Part shown: positions 6,975 to 8,184 of the stretch, piece by piece
Layout of the letters: every line of letters begins with the position of its first letter
Numbering within the stretch: position 1 is the stretch's first letter
Source: Octopus sinensis
Taxonomy: Eukaryota
Reading direction: 5' to 3'
Length of the DNA stretch: 8,184 nt
NCBI RefSeq assembly: GCF_006345805.1
Contig: NW_021828457.1
Span: 1-8,184, forward strand
Made by a program: the position numbers and the translations under genes
Notes under the pieces: model-generated
The model's input: the letters and a program-made list of their open reading frames with translations, nothing else
Told to the model about the DNA's origin: nothing
Databases searched by the model: none

Positions 6975-7399
6975 GTTGTTGTTGTTGCATAACCCCGGTC
7001 TCACATTAGGGTATGAGACCGGCGGCTAGCAGAAACAACAGCGCCTTCGCGGGTTGCTCCCAAAGGACCTCGGGGGAGTGGACAGCAAATTTCCTGCGGA
7101 CAGGGAGGAGAACAGGGCAGCGGAAAAGGTGATCAGTTGAGTGATCTTCGGCACAGCAGAGGTTGCATACCGGGGAGATCGCGACGTTCAATGAGTGAGT
7201 GCAGGAGTTTAGAGAGTGGTGGTGGCCCGAGCGGAAACGAGCAAGGTTGATCTGAGCGGAACGCTCCAAAAGCATTTCGGAGGGGTGAACTTCCGGAGGA
7301 AGTTTGTTGAGGACAGAGTTAGGCTGTTTTCGCTTTAGAATGGACGACGTTGAAATGAAGTCGTGGATTTTTTTCATTGGCTGTGAACATGGTTTAGGG
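6973..7399 (-). mobile_element. I-group (Ingi/Vingi-like) LINE 3' end with C-terminal CCHC finger, 18-nt 3' UTR and (CAA)5 tail
   Basis: KIHDF...PNSVLNKLPPEVHPSEMLLERSAQINLARFRSGHHHSLNS...CNLCCAEDHSTDHLFRCP...LWEQPAKALLFL...IP* (C-x2-C-x8-H-x3-C; LAxxRSG and LWxxP motifs). Stop at 7008-7006, tail at 6987-6973. The 5' limit is uncertain (7370-7399; may continue at 8007-8054). Confidence 0.87.
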
Positions 7400-8006
7400 T
7401 AAACCAAATAAGATTTTTGACTCGTAAGAATTTATTAATTCAATAACTTCTTCTTGAATATTTGAAGGCAAAACATTAACTTTTACGGAAAAAGGATTGA
7501 CAAAAAACTTAAGATCTACTTCATTAATTTCAGGTATATATTTTTCAATTTCATTCTTCAATCCAAGTAAATGGGAAGTTATTTGATGTTTTAAATTTTC
7601 TATTTCATTTAATTTTAGATGGAAAATGTTTTCATTCAACTTATCAAACATAGTAAAATTAGAATTTGTTGTATTATCTATCCACAGTTGGAGCTTCATA
7701 CGAAAAGACCTACAATATTGCATTATTTCGTAAAAATCACAAAATCACAAAATAAAATCCATAGTTGAGATAACTATCGTTGTATTTTCGAATCTTGTTA
7801 ACAGGTAAACTCATAAGAAAAACTAGTAGCGTGGAGATTTATTTTATTATTAATTATTTAATTTAATTATGATTTTTATTATAATTAGAATTAATAACTT
7901 TTTATGTTGAAACGAAAATTAAATAGATTTTCAAAAAATTTTCGCGTACCCTTTACAGAATTTCGCGTACCCTAGGGGTACGCGTACCCCAGTTTGAGAA
8001 CCACTG
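7400..8006 (-). mobile_element. Buster/Charlie-type hAT DNA transposon, internally deleted and missing its right end
   Basis: Left end CAGTGGTTCTCAAACTGGGGTACGCG starts at 8006, with subterminal CGCGTACCC repeats and a flanking gccTAaac (Buster nnnTAnnn target). ATG 7814 MSLPVNKIRKYNDSYLNYGF (RKY...YLxxGF) is joined to the C-terminal FRMKLQLW...NFTMFDKL...HLLGLKNEIEKYIPE...NPF...QEEVIEL...KILF. Confidence 0.87.
7943..7990. repeat. hAT subterminal CGCGTACCC repeats with a hairpin
   Basis: CGCGTACCC at 7943, 7964 and 7981; 7964-7972 pairs with 7976-7984 around a 3-nt loop. Confidence 0.8.
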
Positions 8007-8054
8007 GTTTAGGCCATTGATTTTGGCAGGTACCCGGGAGTATAGTGGCATACT

Positions 8055-8105
8055 GTGGCATACTTCAATTGCCGACTTATTAAGCAATGGCCTTGCAAAG
8101 GCGAA
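8055..8105 (-). pseudogene. Upstream piece of the same integrase core as 6825-6974
   Basis: FAFARPLLNKSAIEVCH matches FxxARPLxxKxAxEV; joined to 6974 it reads KSAIEVCH|NLEDLF with the expected A-x-E-V-x3-L spacing. Confidence 0.72.
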
Positions 8106-8120
8106 ACTAATTTGGTTATG

Positions 8121-8184
8121 CAGTAAAACCTCTCGAATCCGCCAAATTTGGGACCTGGGAAATCACGGCGGATTCGAGAGTTAG
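8121..8184 (+). mobile_element. Probable terminus of a pogo/Tigger-like element, running off the window
   Basis: CAGTAAAACCTC start plus a perfect 14-bp internal inverted repeat (8130-8143 and 8167-8180). The flank is TG rather than the expected TA. Confidence 0.55.

Noticed and set aside
7367-7392. TANEKN as the upstream continuation of the integrase core
   Set aside because: Spacing to LEDLF is two residues short and the motif is weak; 8055-8105 fits much better.

Overview
AT-rich eukaryotic DNA made almost entirely of nested, truncated transposable-element fragments. I found no intact host gene, RNA gene, prokaryotic operon or CRISPR array. Non-LTR remnants: an RTE-clade RT (+), two I-group (Ingi/Vingi-like) LINE pieces (-), an R4/Dong-like restriction-like endonuclease (RLE) end (+), and two CRE-clade pieces (-), one a stop-free 184-codon zinc-knuckle+RLE 3' end with a poly(A) tail inserted in a 55-63 bp tandem repeat. 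DNA-transposon remnants: a pogo/Tigger transposase (+), a 671-bp internally deleted Merlin element with perfect 34-bp TIRs and an 8-bp TSD, a Buster/Charlie hAT element (-), a pogo-like terminus, and two broken Ginger/GIN-like integrase copies (-). The most notable signal is two independent 26-nt GT-AG introns, one in the Merlin transposase and one in the integrase, each needed to restore a conserved reading frame; this points to a host with ultra-short introns (a dicyemid-like organism is my inference). Family assignments come from motif recognition by eye, not database searches. Many ORFs in the supplied track are antisense or off-frame shadows of these fragments.
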